In this document: one piece after another, positions 1-11,862 of the stretch
Layout of the letters: every line of letters starts with the position of its first letter
Position numbering within the stretch: the stretch's first letter is position 1
Assembly: GCA_024704765.1 (NCBI GenBank)
Contig: JAKMXF010000058.1
Location: 1 to 44,888, forward strand
Direction of reading: 5' to 3'
DNA length: 44,888 bases
From: Oopsacas minuta
Taxonomy: Eukaryota; Animalia; Porifera
The notes under the pieces: generated by a model
Database searches by the model: none
Told to the model about the DNA's origin: nothing
Seen by the model: the letters and a program-made list of their open reading frames with translations, nothing else
Translations under genes and position numbers: made by a program

Positions 1-885
1 TATCGTAGAGCGACCTGAAATCCTTCAATAATAATTAAACAGACTTATTATGACTAAATTTAGGAGCCAAAACTTCAAGAATACTGTTCATAAGATCATC
101 CCTGGTTTATTATATAGGAAACTAATTTTGGACTTCTTTTTGAAGAAGCTTAGTTGATAGTCAAAGAATATAACGCTGTGGTCTCTACCCCTACACAGTG
201 GTACGGAAAGTAGAAATTTGAAAAACTCTATCATTCGAATTGACTCGTAGATAAGATTTTCGACTCGCCATACCTATTTTACCCAGGAATCATATTTACT
301 CGATTTGTACAAGCTTTAATGATACTTCTTGAACTCTTTATACATTTCACTAACACAGAAATTCCTATACTAATTAGACATTTCCTAACAGTGACATTAC
401 TAATCAATTAAATTAAAATCATCACTACATACGTTACATCCTTTCTATGCATACTAATGTAAAGCGAATTTATCCGGTTTCAGTTTCTAGCGTTTCATTC
501 TCGAAATATTCTGATATCTAACTTGGTTATATTTTTGCGATTATCAAACTTTTCTTGAAACTTTAAAATTGTAGAACTAAAATTGTAAACAGTTGACAAT
601 CTGGTTGTATATATTCTATGAAAGCATATTATTTTCTCTAAAAATTTGGACCATTTCAAAGCTGCCAAAATTTGCCGAAAGTAGTAAATTTCTGCTGTTA
701 GACCAGTTGCGTAGGATTTTGACCCGCAAGTAGCAACTCCAAATCAAGTAATATCAACATTTCATCCCTAGTCACATAGTATTCGTATTTATACATGTGT
801 GACTTCCTAAATGCACACACTAACATTTTACTTTGTTTCCAGATTTCAACATCAACACTTGTATTTACTTTTGACATTTTTCATT

Positions 886-2014
886 ATGGATGCGACAGAG
901 TATGAAGCAATTTGTGGATACCTCCAGACGAATATTATCCCACCAGAAATCAAGAGTGATCGCTACAGAAAGAAATATTTTGTCAGAAAGTGCAAGGGGA
1001 TTTACTTTCAAGAGAATATGCTAATGAAGGTATATTCCTGAACTGATATTTTTGATTTATACTTATTTCCGGGGCATAATTAGAAATCTTGAGGCAACTA
1101 CATATCTGCGAGGAGGCAGATATGTAGTTGCCTCATTAAAATTGCGTACCATAGGGAGATGAGAAGGGCGAAAACGCTAGGGAGCTCCTCTGCCCCTCAA
1201 TGCTAGCTACAACCTCTGAGTTTGATTACAAGGGGAAATTTTGCTATGTTTGCTATGTTTTGCTATATTTCTTGATATTTTCGGGTGTAATCAGGGAAAT
1301 ATCGTGAAATCCAGAGAAATTTGCAAAAGGGGTTGTTAAGTCTGAGAACAGAATGTATTTTATAGTTTGAGGTTATTCACTTTGTAATTATTCTACTGTA
1401 TACAGCTTTATTTGTGCGATTGTAAAATTAATATTGTGCAATCTGATGATATTTAGTATACCAGTATACAATTTTATCATATGAAAATCTATTTGTACGG
1501 TACAACCAACCAACCATGTATCTAACAACTAATAATCCTTGCGGTAGTTAGTAATTGGGATAGGTAGTGGGAGTATTTCACATAAACATATTTGCCAACC
1601 TGAGTCAAGAAAAAGCGGGACGAATGCTAATTTAGTGGGACATCTGGGACGTAGCAAATTACATTAGACTGGACTACAAACTGACAAATAAATCATTTCC
1701 CGTTCTAGATCCGAACTTGCCATGACTGTCAAACCTCTGCTGCTCTACCTCCTCAGCCACAACGAGAGCTTCGAACTATTCCTCCCCTGAAGAACCATGG
1801 TGTCATTGTGGAATTGATCTCATATGCAAGTCTCGCACTGTACTTGGATTTCTGCACATTCTTGTAATCTTTGCTACCTGAGTAAATTTGTAATTGCCCG
1901 ACCACTCAGACTTAAATTTCTAAAGAAATATTGGATTGATTACAGGAAATTTATCTCTCATTCGGTGTACCTAACATCCTCCAACATGATCAGGGAACAG
2001 AATTCTCAAGCAAG
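886..2014 (+). pseudogene. Ginger/GIN-like (gypsy-type) integrase remnant, split by introns and disrupted
   Basis: Exon 886-1029 reads MDATEYEAICGYLQTNIIP..RKKYFVRKCKGIYFQENMLMK followed by GT. A fragment near 1080-1109 reads LEILRQLH (first His helix of H2C2). Exon 1709-2014 follows TTCTAG and reads IRTCHDCQ...IPP/EEPWCHCGIDLI...SKFVIARPL...FGVPNILQHDQGTEFSSK then GTAAC, with frameshifts and a stop: CxxC plus integrase-core IDL and xDxGxEF motifs. Confidence 0.75.
1090..1135. repeat. Perfect 20-bp inverted repeat (hairpin) with 6-nt loop
   Basis: TGAGGCAACTACATATCTGC (1090-1109), loop GAGGAG, GCAGATATGTAGTTGCCTCA (1116-1135). Confidence 0.95.
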
Positions 2015-3279
2015 GTAACTCATATTTTTACATACTTGAGATTAGTAATAGTAAATACACCAAAGAAATTATTCCCGCTACACAATACAACTTACTATAT
2101 TGGATTTACGTACGTAACATGTTGCATTGCCAATTGTCAGTGTATTGCTTTAATATATACCCTGGTAGGATATTGTGCGTCCTGATGGCTATATTTAGGA
2201 AACCGTGTGGAAAATTGGATTTTAATTTAATGTTAAATACTAATAAATAAGAATTTACGAATTAATGCTACTACCTTCAGGTGGAAATTTTACCTTATTA
2301 ATCGATTTATCTTTCTAATGTGATAACACAATAGGATGTTCATTTCAGTATTATATTCCTCCCAGGTTAAACGTTGTGATTCAAATCAGAGGATGTAGGA
2401 TTGTATGAGTACATCGAGGTGCAATGCGCCGAGTTCATCATGGAACAACTAGCCAAAGGCTCGTGATGATGAAATTCCACACGCCAGGATGCTCAGGTGA
2501 ACCTCAACAATTGTATACTTGAGGAGCAGTGGTCGTATACATAAAATTGTAAATATTAGAGGAAAGACCTAACAAAAACTCATGAAGATGAAATAACGAT
2601 AAGAAAAGTATAATTGAAGAATTACAATAATAAACAAATAGTCATGGAAAAGTAATCAATAAATAAGCAAAGAAAGAATTTAATTATAAAAATGATTATG
2701 GAAATTCACGTGCGCTTTCATTTTTCGACTAGTCATTTTAAATCTTGCGCTTTCTACTACCATTTTTGCAAACTTTCTACTCTTTTCTACCTATTTATAT
2801 ACATATTTTGCAACATAGCCACTTATTCTACATTTTCTATAAAACAAAGAAGATACTTCAAAAATAGCTTAAAACCTAAAATATCCCTGGTCCAAATTTC
2901 CCAAATATACACCACAGTGCCACTTACAGTCAGTTTTAGCAGAAGTAACAAGAACAGTTGAAAACACTGTGATCCCATTGCCCATCCTATAAATACAATA
3001 CCTGCCATCCCAGAACAGTAAACAGCAACCAGAACAAAACATTAATCATCATATAGTTTGTATCTATATCCTCGAATCCCTCTTCATGCAACCTTTTTGC
3101 TAACTAACCTAGTAAATATCCCGTGATTATCCCGTACTATCTTTTAAATCTCGCGCTTTCTACCAGCCGAACAAATGCCAACGTTGGAAAAATACTAGTC
3201 GAACATATGACAACCTCAGTATTTCGAACAAATGCAGCTGCCCGAAATTCACAAACATAAACATAGATAGATTTGTATA

Positions 3280-4152
3280 TCAAAATATCTGTAGACAGTT
3301 CACATTATGATTACACACTACTATAACTCTATCATAATTGTCTACTGTTACTGAAGTTGGATGCTTAGAGGCTGAAATATGGTGAATTGATTGGAATTCT
3401 GGGTTGAAGATAGAAATAGAATTAGCAGAATAGTCAGCAATTAGAATGTTGTTAGAATTGTCAATAAAGAATGAGCATGGATTAACAACATGATTTCCTT
3501 GTCCTAGTGAAATTACACTCTTCTGGAGTATGTGGTTATGATCGAATAGATGGATACAAGGATTTGATGTATCTGACACATAAATGTATTCTTTAAAGAG
3601 TTTAACATCACAAGGGTATTCGAATGAACCAAAATGTGATTTGTATTTGAAATCTGGTGAGAGTATTTGAACTCGATTGTTATTAGAATCACAAATGTAA
3701 ATATCATCATTTGATTCATTGATTGCTATACCCCTAGGATAATGGAATTCTAACTCTCCATTTCCCTGTTTACCAATTCTAGAAATATACTCACCATCAA
3801 GGGCATAATTAAGTATACAGTGGTCATGAGTAATTAGAATTGTACCCCTACAAATAACTAAACTTCTTGGATAGGACATCTTTCCTTCACCTGTACTATC
3901 ACCAAATTTGAACATATACTTAGCAGTACTGTCAAATACTTTAACACAGTTATTAATACAATCTGCTATATAAATATCTCCAGTTGTGTCATCTACTGTA
4001 ACACCTTGTGGCCTTTTGAGTTCATCATTTCCATTTCCTTCCTTACAAATACTCACTAAAGGTTGTATCTTGCTTTTGTAATCAATTCCAGTTCTCATTC
4101 TCTCTAAATTATCCTCAACAGGTCCTAGTCCAATAGGATTAGATGTGGCCAT
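3280..4152 (-). CDS. NHL-repeat beta-propeller protein, 290 aa (subfamily A, MxTxNPI N-terminus)
   Basis: Repeated NHL motifs (ELKRPQGVTVD..GDIYIADC.NNCVKVFD; FHYPRGIAINESNDDIYICDSNNNRVQIL); ends CLQIF; no signal peptide, RING or B-box in the ORF. Confidence 0.9.
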   Translation of the reverse strand: MATSNPIGLGPVEDNLERMRTGIDYKSKIQPLVSICKEGNGNDELKRPQGVTVDDTTGDIYIADCINNCVKVFDSTAKYMFKFGDSTGEGKMSYPRSLVICRGTILITHDHCILNYALDGEYISRIGKQGNGELEFHYPRGIAINESNDDIYICDSNNNRVQILSPDFKYKSHFGSFEYPCDVKLFKEYIYVSDTSNPCIHLFDHNHILQKSVISLGQGNHVVNPCSFFIDNSNNILIADYSANSISIFNPEFQSIHHISASKHPTSVTVDNYDRVIVVCNHNVNCLQIF

Positions 4153-4289
4153 TATCGCTAAATATTTATAGGAGTATGAATTAATACAAATAGTCAGTAG
4201 ACATACATGTAGGTCATGGTCATATATGACAAAATTACTAGTGATAATAGTTGTGGAAAATGGTATAACAGTTAATTGTAAAGTACAAA

Positions 4290-6070
4290 TATTTCATAAT
4301 TTCTTGTAACTGGTTAAATGTTACTCATTTGGGTTTTGTCATGATGCACAGTGAACTTGTTAGATGGAGCGCTAGCAGGGTGACCAGATGTCATTCTTTG
4401 GGAAGGTCAGTGTATTATAGCCACGCTAATCCGAACAGCACAGTCCCAATTGCAAAATATATCGTTATGACTAGCAAAATGGAATAAAACAATACTATAG
4501 GCTCTAGGAGTGCGTAGCTTTGGAACTTGTCATTTGAAAGGTCTTCGAAGTATGTAATATAGCACAATTAGGGTTGTTGATTATTCTTCAACTTCTAAGA
4601 CTCGGTCATCGTCCCTCTTGTAACTCAATACCTCGGTGATACCAGAGTATTATGACTCTAGTGAATGCAAGGCTTTAATTCAAAATACGACATCATAGGA
4701 AAATTCACTCATCGAATATTTTGAATTTTTGTAATTTTCGTACTTATTTCCAATAAATATTCAGTACATATACTTATAAATCAATATGTCATCACGTTTT
4801 CATATGTTATTCCGATTATTTCATAAATGGAGTTTTAGAAATATATTTTTTCATGTACAAGTTATGAATTGTGAAATCTTTACTGTAATAAGCTATCTTT
4901 GAACTTTGATTATCTTAATTGTAAAGCAAATGAATAAATCAAACATCCTAAAATCAATTAGGATATTACTGTCGTTGTTACACAAAAAATGAAAACACTA
5001 GAGTAGCATAAATGAACACATCATCGCATAATTGCGCCTAAACTAGATGAAGATGACTGTTTGAACTTTTTAAGTAGTCTAATCTGATTCCTTGGATTTC
5101 CTTACCCTGAAAAGGTTCAATTCAAAATATTGGAGGTGAAAGTATTCTTTTATGAAATATATAAGCTCTTATCTTATGCAATGTATGATTTGGCAGCATG
5201 TATAGCAGTATTTTAGTATGCAATGATTTGATAGATAGATTGGATATTACGTATGAGTATCACATGAGTCGTTAACTGATAGTAGAAATATAAAGTTATT
5301 GCGAATAACAAGTAAACTATGCTTCCTTGCGAACACTTTGGATGAAAATTGATTTAGTAGAATAAATAGGATAATAGTAACAGAAATTATATAAAATCAG
5401 AATAACATCAAAGTTATATAATTACTGATATACATATAGTAATGTGATACTACTGTATTCTCTTGTACATATTCTAAGAATAAGTTGCAAATTTATGACC
5501 AATAATATTACAGATGTGTACAGTTATGGGGTAATGAACAAACGATCGATACAACCCTCCGACTCACTGAACGAGACAAATTATTGTAGTGGAGGTTAAG
5601 ATGTAAATGTAAACGAACTAGACAGACCTCAGGCTAAGATCAAAGGAATTGCGCTGTTCCAGTTAGTTCATGAACCTTTCATCTCCAGGCTACAATAATG
5701 AACAAATGTAATTTCTATAAATTCAATACAATCATGATCCTTATTGAGATAGAGACAGTGCTGCCAAGTGAATTAACGGTAGCACTTACGGATATCCACG
5801 ATTTCACGGAGCTTTTCAAATCTCACATCAATTTACTCAACAGTACTTAGTTTTTACAAATGACTGTTCTTTTGAACACTGTTAATAGAAAACAATAATT
5901 TTGTCTGCCACATATTAACACATACATATTTCCTTGACTGTAAGGGCCCCGGCACGTTATTCATTCATGCAGGAGAATATCCGGATGCAGCAATATGGTA
6001 TGTGGGTCAGAACTGCAAATTGGTCACTTTCTTCAGCTAGGTTATTGGGTCTTAGGCCATGCATTATGGG
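4290..6070 (+). pseudogene. Decayed exon-like blocks of an unidentified multi-exon gene, divergent from the NHL gene at 3280-4152
   Basis: Blocks at about 4290-4410 (ends GGAAG/GTCAGT), 4500-4680, 5240-5340, 5510-5680 and 5960-6070 (GGAGAATATCCGGATGCAGCAATATG/GTATG) recur in opposite orientation upstream of other NHL copies; frames carry stops. Confidence 0.45.
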
Positions 6071-6419
6071 TCAAGACATAATGTATGGAGTATGCATTTT
6101 CATAGACCCAATTCTATTACCCATTCCATCTACATTAAAGCTCGGAACAAAGTAGCTAAACTTACGTCTAGTTTGTGTCGAGATTATGAGAAGCATTTGA
6201 CTAATAACTTTAATGCTCCTAAATCCATAAAGCTCTTCTTCCAATATGTCGAAAAAGGGATATTAGTCATGTATTGGAGTTCAGAAAAGAATTTGTCCCA
6301 ATGCATCTGTGATAAACCTAACAGTTTCTGTATATTCATGACCTTGCTGACTAATCCTTTTATTGACATTATATTTTTTACAGTTATTTAATCTTCTTAT
6401 TGTTCACACGCTGTAGTTC

Positions 6420-6885
6420 ATTATCTGACCCATCCTGACCCGTTATGTATTTGATTAATCCATATTATTCAATCTCAGTTATTGTTTGTCTGTCAGTTTG
6501 TCCGTTGTCAAGGAAAGAATTTACGGTATGCAATTTTGAAACCCTAACATAACTGTGTATTTATCGTGTTTATCAAGGAAGTAAAAAGAATTCAATAAAA
6601 CTTCACGAAATATCTCCAACATGCGGAATCCGATTTTCGCACTTTTGGGTTAATCATATGTAAATTTATTGTTGTTTTTATGTATATAAAGTAAACAAAT
6701 TTCAAAATTGTTGTAGAAACATGCTTGCAATGGTAATACTGTGGTAATAGTATATTCTGAATCTGAATATTGTAAACAATATCAATTATATTAAAACTCA
6801 ATTGTTGTTTATTTTCCGTTGAATACCCCGAGGCGCAATGTGCCGAGTTCATCGCGAAGTGACGAGCCAAAGACCCGTTATTATA
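6420..6885 (+). repeat. Dispersed short repeat, Helentron/HINE-like
   Basis: 5' GTTTGTCTGTC..GTCCGTTGTCAAGG microsatellite block and 3' GCCGAGTTCATCGCGAAGTGACGAGC motif, shared with 2415-2500, 27850-28330 (-), 31330-31690 and partly 34180-34460 (-). Family assignment is inference. Confidence 0.5.
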
Positions 6886-7149
6886 AAAAATTTATGTATC
6901 TAGTTTGAAACAATCATGAAACCAAGTTGTTTTGTATATACTTCAAACACGATCGAGACAGCTTCGATAGCCTCTTGCAATATTGCATTACGTTTTTATG
7001 TGATGATATGCGGATCATTAAAGGTACTGAAGCTTTATTGATGAATGTAGTTGTTATTAGTATCCCTGAACACATACGTATACATTACTCGCACTTTATG
7101 GTATAGCAAACCTTCAGCGTAATAACCACCATTATTGACTCTATCACTA

Positions 7150-9860
7150 ACAAGTTACTCTGATGTAATACCTCGTACGCATACATTGTATATCAAATTT
7201 TGAATCAACATTGATGGGTCTTGACCCATGATGTTTGACCCATGACACACTAGCCTATCTAGCCCATGCGCAGCTCTGATCCACATACCATATTGCTGCA
7301 TACGGATATTCTCCCGCGTGAACCTTTCATCAGTGGATGAAAGGTCACGAACTAACTGAAACACTCAATTCCATTAATCTTAGTTTGACGTCTGTTTTTT
7401 CGTTTACATTCACATATTTACCTCAACTCCAGTAAATGTTTCGTTCAGTGAGTTGGTGGGTTCTATCGAACATTTGTCTAGTTCCCTATAACTGCACACA
7501 TTTGTAATATTCGTAATATAATTATCACATATTCTCAGAATATGTACAAGAGAATACAGTAGTATCACATTACTACACGTATATCAGTAATTATATAACT
7601 TGATTTTATATATTTCTGTTACTATTATTCTATTTATTGTCTTAATTCAAGTTAAAGGTGAGTAGTTTCATTAACTAATTGTTACTGTTCTATTTTCCAG
7701 CTTCTTGTAGCCACACTAATCCCCTGGAATAGTCTGTCATATCATAATGCCACTTTTAATATATTTTGTGTAGCCCTCACATATTCTTGTATACATTTTA
7801 AGACTCTGTGGATCCCAGGTTGCCATTGCTGATGTAATGTATCTAATAATCTGCCCCCACTTATCAATTTTTGAAAATATTACAATCTTCCAGTATTCAA
7901 CCGTCTCTTATTCGGGTAAAGACATAAGGAGATAACGGGCTGGCATGTGGCCCTAATTCCCCAAATTCTTTTTCCAAAATACATAATAGTATCCAATTCT
8001 ATTGCAGACATGAACCTCCTGCTTAGTGGTGAACCCAGTTCTCAAATACGTATGAATATTTTCCGGAATCTTAAATTTGACACAGGCAATCCAAAAATAT
8101 CATATTCGGGTACTGAATCCTAATATAATATTTTTGGCATTATATGATCAATATTTGTTGTTTATTTACATAAAGTATAGAAAATTTCAAAAATGTCTTA
8201 TAATCATGCATTCAACGCGTGTATTAGGGTAAGCGAGTCTGCAGAGTTCGAATATGAGTCAGAATTAATTAGGAGTATCCTAGGCGCTCTATGTGGGAGC
8301 CAATTGTAGATACAAAGTGTTTGCAACTGCGTGGCTCCAGGAAACATAGCTTGCTTGTTATTCGCAAAAACTTCATTTGTCTATCATCAGTTAACGAGTT
8401 ATGTGATCCTCATATCTAATATCCAATTATGGCTATATAGATTGAATATTAGATAATTACGAAGCACTTTTTAGCAACAATTCAATATGGCTTCAGTTCT
8501 ATTTATATGGCTTCTCTTGACCTTTCGCTTAATATCGTATATATTAATGAACTATTTGTACCAAATTATAATAGATTTTGGTGGAAATAGCCTCCTCTAC
8601 AATACGGAGCTATTTATATAACATAATATATGTACCAGAACATTGCTGCCAAATTCTGCAAGATACGAGTCATGTTTATATGTTTCATAATAGAAAAATT
8701 TCATCTCCAATATTTTTGAATTGAACCTTTTCAGGGTAAGGAAATCCAAGGAATCAAACAGTCATCTTCACCTAGTTTAGGCGCAATTATGCGATGATGT
8801 GTTCATTTATACTACTCTAGTATTTTCATTTTTTGTGTAACAACGACAGTAATATCCTAATTGATTTTAGGATGTTAGATTTGTTCATTTGCTCTACAAT
8901 TAAGATAAAACCAAGTTCGACGATAGCTTATTGGTTTAAAGAAGGGGTTCGCAAACTACTGCCCACTTGTGATTTTGAACCGACTCGCCTAGCTTAAGTT
9001 ATTTGAGTACTCTAATTATTTGATTACTGTCTTATTCTTCCTTACGCATTCCGAAATTTCATTAAACAATATTAGTTAATTATTTTGTATAATTATTGAT
9101 TATTTTACAATTTGTTAGTAGAGTTTCTCTAATAAATTTGAAGATGGAACGTAATCGTAGGTCAATACTGTCCCATAAAAATTTGGAATTAGAATGCGGC
9201 CCCCGCAGAAAATTGTTTGTCCTCCTCTGGTTTGAAGATTTCACAATTTATAACTTGTACATCAAAAATATGTTTTGAAAAACCGATTTACAAATTTATC
9301 AAATAACATATGAATACGGGATGAGATATAGATTCATTTTGAATTGAGCATAAACTAGATGAAGCCTGACTGTTTGAGCTTTTTAGCTAGACTTACAGCA
9401 GTATTTTAGTAGGACATGACTCATATTTATAATGATTGAACCTCGTAAGAATGGGTAGCTTCAGGAAAATTACTGAATTGCAATCTTGCATTCACTAGAG
9501 TCATAATATCGGTGACTACAGGGGTATTGGGTCAAAAGAGAGCTGATAACCGAGTCTTAGAAGTTGAATAATTATCAACAACCCTAATTGTGATATATCA
9601 CACACTTCAAAGGCCTTTCAATTGACAGGTTGCAACGCAATATACTCCTCAGCCTATAGTATTGTTTTATTACATTTCGCTAATCCGAACAAATAAATGT
9701 ACACTTGGAACAGTGCTGTTCAGATTAGTGAGTGTATAATGTACTGACTTTCCTAAAGAATAACATCTTGTCACCCTGCTTGTAATTCATTGAGACGAGT
9801 TCACTGTACATTATGACTAAACCCAAATGAGTAACATTTATCCAGTTACAAGAAATTATG
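7150..9860 (-). pseudogene. Decayed exon-like blocks of the same unidentified gene, divergent from the NHL gene at 10011
   Basis: 7280-7500, 8180-8420, 9390-9660 and 9740-9860 are reverse-complement homologs of 4290-6070 and direct homologs of 20320-20710, 23790-24030, 35900-37080 and 38570-38830. Confidence 0.45.
8942..9229. mobile_element. hAT-type MITE (288 bp)
   Basis: Degenerate ends AAGGGGTTCGCAAACT / TTTGTCCTCCTCTG; 8-bp TSD GTTTAAAG / GTTTGAAG (7/8); paralogous empty site near 37685-37710. Confidence 0.7.
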
Positions 9861-10010
9861 TAATATACATGCTTATATATATAACTTTCATAGCATTTTC
9901 ATCGACTAATATTCACTAGTAATCCTTGTAGTAAATGACCATGAGCTATACTACAGGTATATCTACGGACTATTTGTATTAATTCATACTTCTATATATA
10001 TTTAGCAATA

Positions 10011-10883
10011 ATGGACACAGATAATCCTATTGAACCACAACCTGTTGAGAATAATTTCGAGAGAGTGAGAAATGAAATTGATTACACAAGGAAGATACAA
10101 CCTCTACTGTGTGCTGGTAAGAAAAGAAAAGGAAATGATGAACTTACATATCCACTTTGTGTCACAGTTGACAAGATGACAGGATATATTTATATAGTAG
10201 ATTGTTTGAATGACTGTGTTAAAGTATTTGACAGTACTGCTAGGTATATATTCAAATTTGGTGACAATAGAGGTGAAGGAAAGATGTCCCGTCCAAGAAG
10301 CCTAGTTATTTGTAGGAGTAGGATTCTAATTACTCATCAGCACCATATACTGAATTATAATCTTGATGGTGAATATATTTCTAGAATTGGTAAACAGGGA
10401 AAAGAAGAATTAGAATTCAACTATCCTAAGGGGATAGCAATCAATGAATCTAATGATGATATATATATTTGTGATTCTGATAACAATCGAGTTCAAATAC
10501 TTTCAAAAGATTTCCAATTCAAATCACTACTTGGTTCATTCACACTCCCTCGTAATGTTGAACTCTCTAAAGATTACATTTATGTATTAGATGCATCCAA
10601 TCCTTGTATCCATCTATTCAATCATAACCACATACTCCAGAAGAGTGTCATTTCATTCGGACAAGGAAATCAAGTCATCAATCCCAGAACATTCTTTATT
10701 GACAATTCTAACAACATTCTAATTGCTGATTATTCTTCTTATTTTATTTCTATTTTCAATCCTGTATTCCAATCAATTCACCATATTCCAGTCTCTGAGC
10801 AACCAACTGCATTAACAGTAGACAATCATGATAGAATTATTGTAGTGTGTAATCATGCTCTAAACTGTCTACAGATATTTTAA
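10011..10883 (+). CDS. NHL-repeat beta-propeller protein, 290 aa (subfamily A)
   Basis: Intact ORF colinear with the other copies; NHL motifs; ends CLQIF. Confidence 0.9.
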   Translation: MDTDNPIEPQPVENNFERVRNEIDYTRKIQPLLCAGKKRKGNDELTYPLCVTVDKMTGYIYIVDCLNDCVKVFDSTARYIFKFGDNRGEGKMSRPRSLVICRSRILITHQHHILNYNLDGEYISRIGKQGKEELEFNYPKGIAINESNDDIYICDSDNNRVQILSKDFQFKSLLGSFTLPRNVELSKDYIYVLDASNPCIHLFNHNHILQKSVISFGQGNQVINPRTFFIDNSNNILIADYSSYFISIFNPVFQSIHHIPVSEQPTALTVDNHDRIIVVCNHALNCLQIF

Positions 10884-11264
10884 TATACAACTCTATGTGT
10901 TGTATTTCTATATTTCTTGGTTTTTACATTTCCTTCCATACATTTTTGTGTTCACGTATATCCTTACCTTATAATTCTTGATTATTTTCCTATTTATTCA
11001 AACTCTTAATTCTATATGTATTTCAGTTTCACATAGTTTTCATGATCATTCGTGATGCATTGCATTTTCTTTATTTCAATATTTGGGAAAGATACGCCTG
11101 CGGGTTACCCGTAAAGATAAGCTAACAAACTATTAAGTGTAATACTTTTTCGTACAGTTATATTCTATCATTCATTACTATCAACTCCCGTTATATCGAG
11201 TATGTATTTATGGAAATCTATGCTTAGTTACAAATCTCAATTCCACAAATAGATTCCCATCCCT

Positions 11265-11815
11265 TCATGGTAATAGTTTCTTCACCGCGTATATCGAAGC
11301 AATTTCTTGTGCGCGGAGTAGCTTGTCAATGTCTCCTGTGCTTACTATGCAATATCTATTTCTATCATGTAATTTCCGATTTATAGCATCGTAATGGATG
11401 TTTTCTGTATTTGGCAAACTTTGTCTGACACAAAACTATTGTCCGAATACTGTACACTTCGGATTTAACGACATGATGTGGTAATTTCATATTTGTTCCA
11501 AATGTCTATTATATACCTTGCTGGACTTCAAAATACATTCATTTTAATATGGTACAACGCTCTTGCTAACATCAACCCATTCATATGTCAAACTAGTTTG
11601 GTGATACATCGTAAATGTAGTACATATAGTTCCATATATGGTCGTATGTAGTTTATGTAAAATGTAATATACATTATTCAATACTTGTCGCTTCCGTTTG
11701 CCGAATTTATTACGCATGTATGCAGAAGGTTTAGGAAATATTCGAAATTTCTTTTTACATATTAACTACTGATAAGCCTTTTGCAATTTGGCTGGAGGAT
11801 ATCTGTATGATTCAA
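11265..11815 (-). pseudogene. Decayed coding frame of unknown identity
   Basis: About 185 codons with only 4 internal stops (FESYRYPPAKLQKAYQ*LICKKKFRIFPKPSAYMRNKFG...YEWVDVSKSVVPY*...IHYDAINRKLHDRNRYCIVSTGDIDKLLRAQEIASIYAVKKLLP*), preceded by a TTTTATAG acceptor-like site. Confidence 0.45.
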
Positions 11816-11830
11816 ATCTATAAAAGTTTA

Positions 11831-11862
11831 ATACTGTATACTGTATACTGTATACTGTATAC
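11831..11862. repeat. (ATACTGT)n short tandem repeat
   Basis: About 4.5 units of ATACTGT. Confidence 0.9.

Noticed and set aside
194-230. CACAGTG followed by an A-rich tract (GAAAAACTC), a possible RSS or second Transib end
   Set aside because: It lacks the TGGCAA and ATGGGGAAATAGG blocks, has no 12/23 spacing, no partner end was found, and its flank CCCTA does not match the Transib TSD. It could still be the end of an unrelated element.
2913-2971. Facing CACAGTG / CACTGTG heptamers 59 bp apart, plus scattered heptamers at about 4347, 20657, 33548 and 36310
   Set aside because: No shared internal sequence or second box; a few are expected by chance and some are homologous copies of one site. 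No evidence of RSS-flanked NHL segments.
2823-3060. Hydrophobic minus-strand frame, a possible membrane-protein exon
   Set aside because: Short, single copy, no recognisable motif, and AT-rich DNA often gives hydrophobic frames.
3513-3719. Short ORFs overlapping NHL genes (also 18946-19131, 26732-26923, 27153-27350, 25822-26013, 43256-43567)
   Set aside because: Their recurrence simply follows the paralogy of the NHL sequence.
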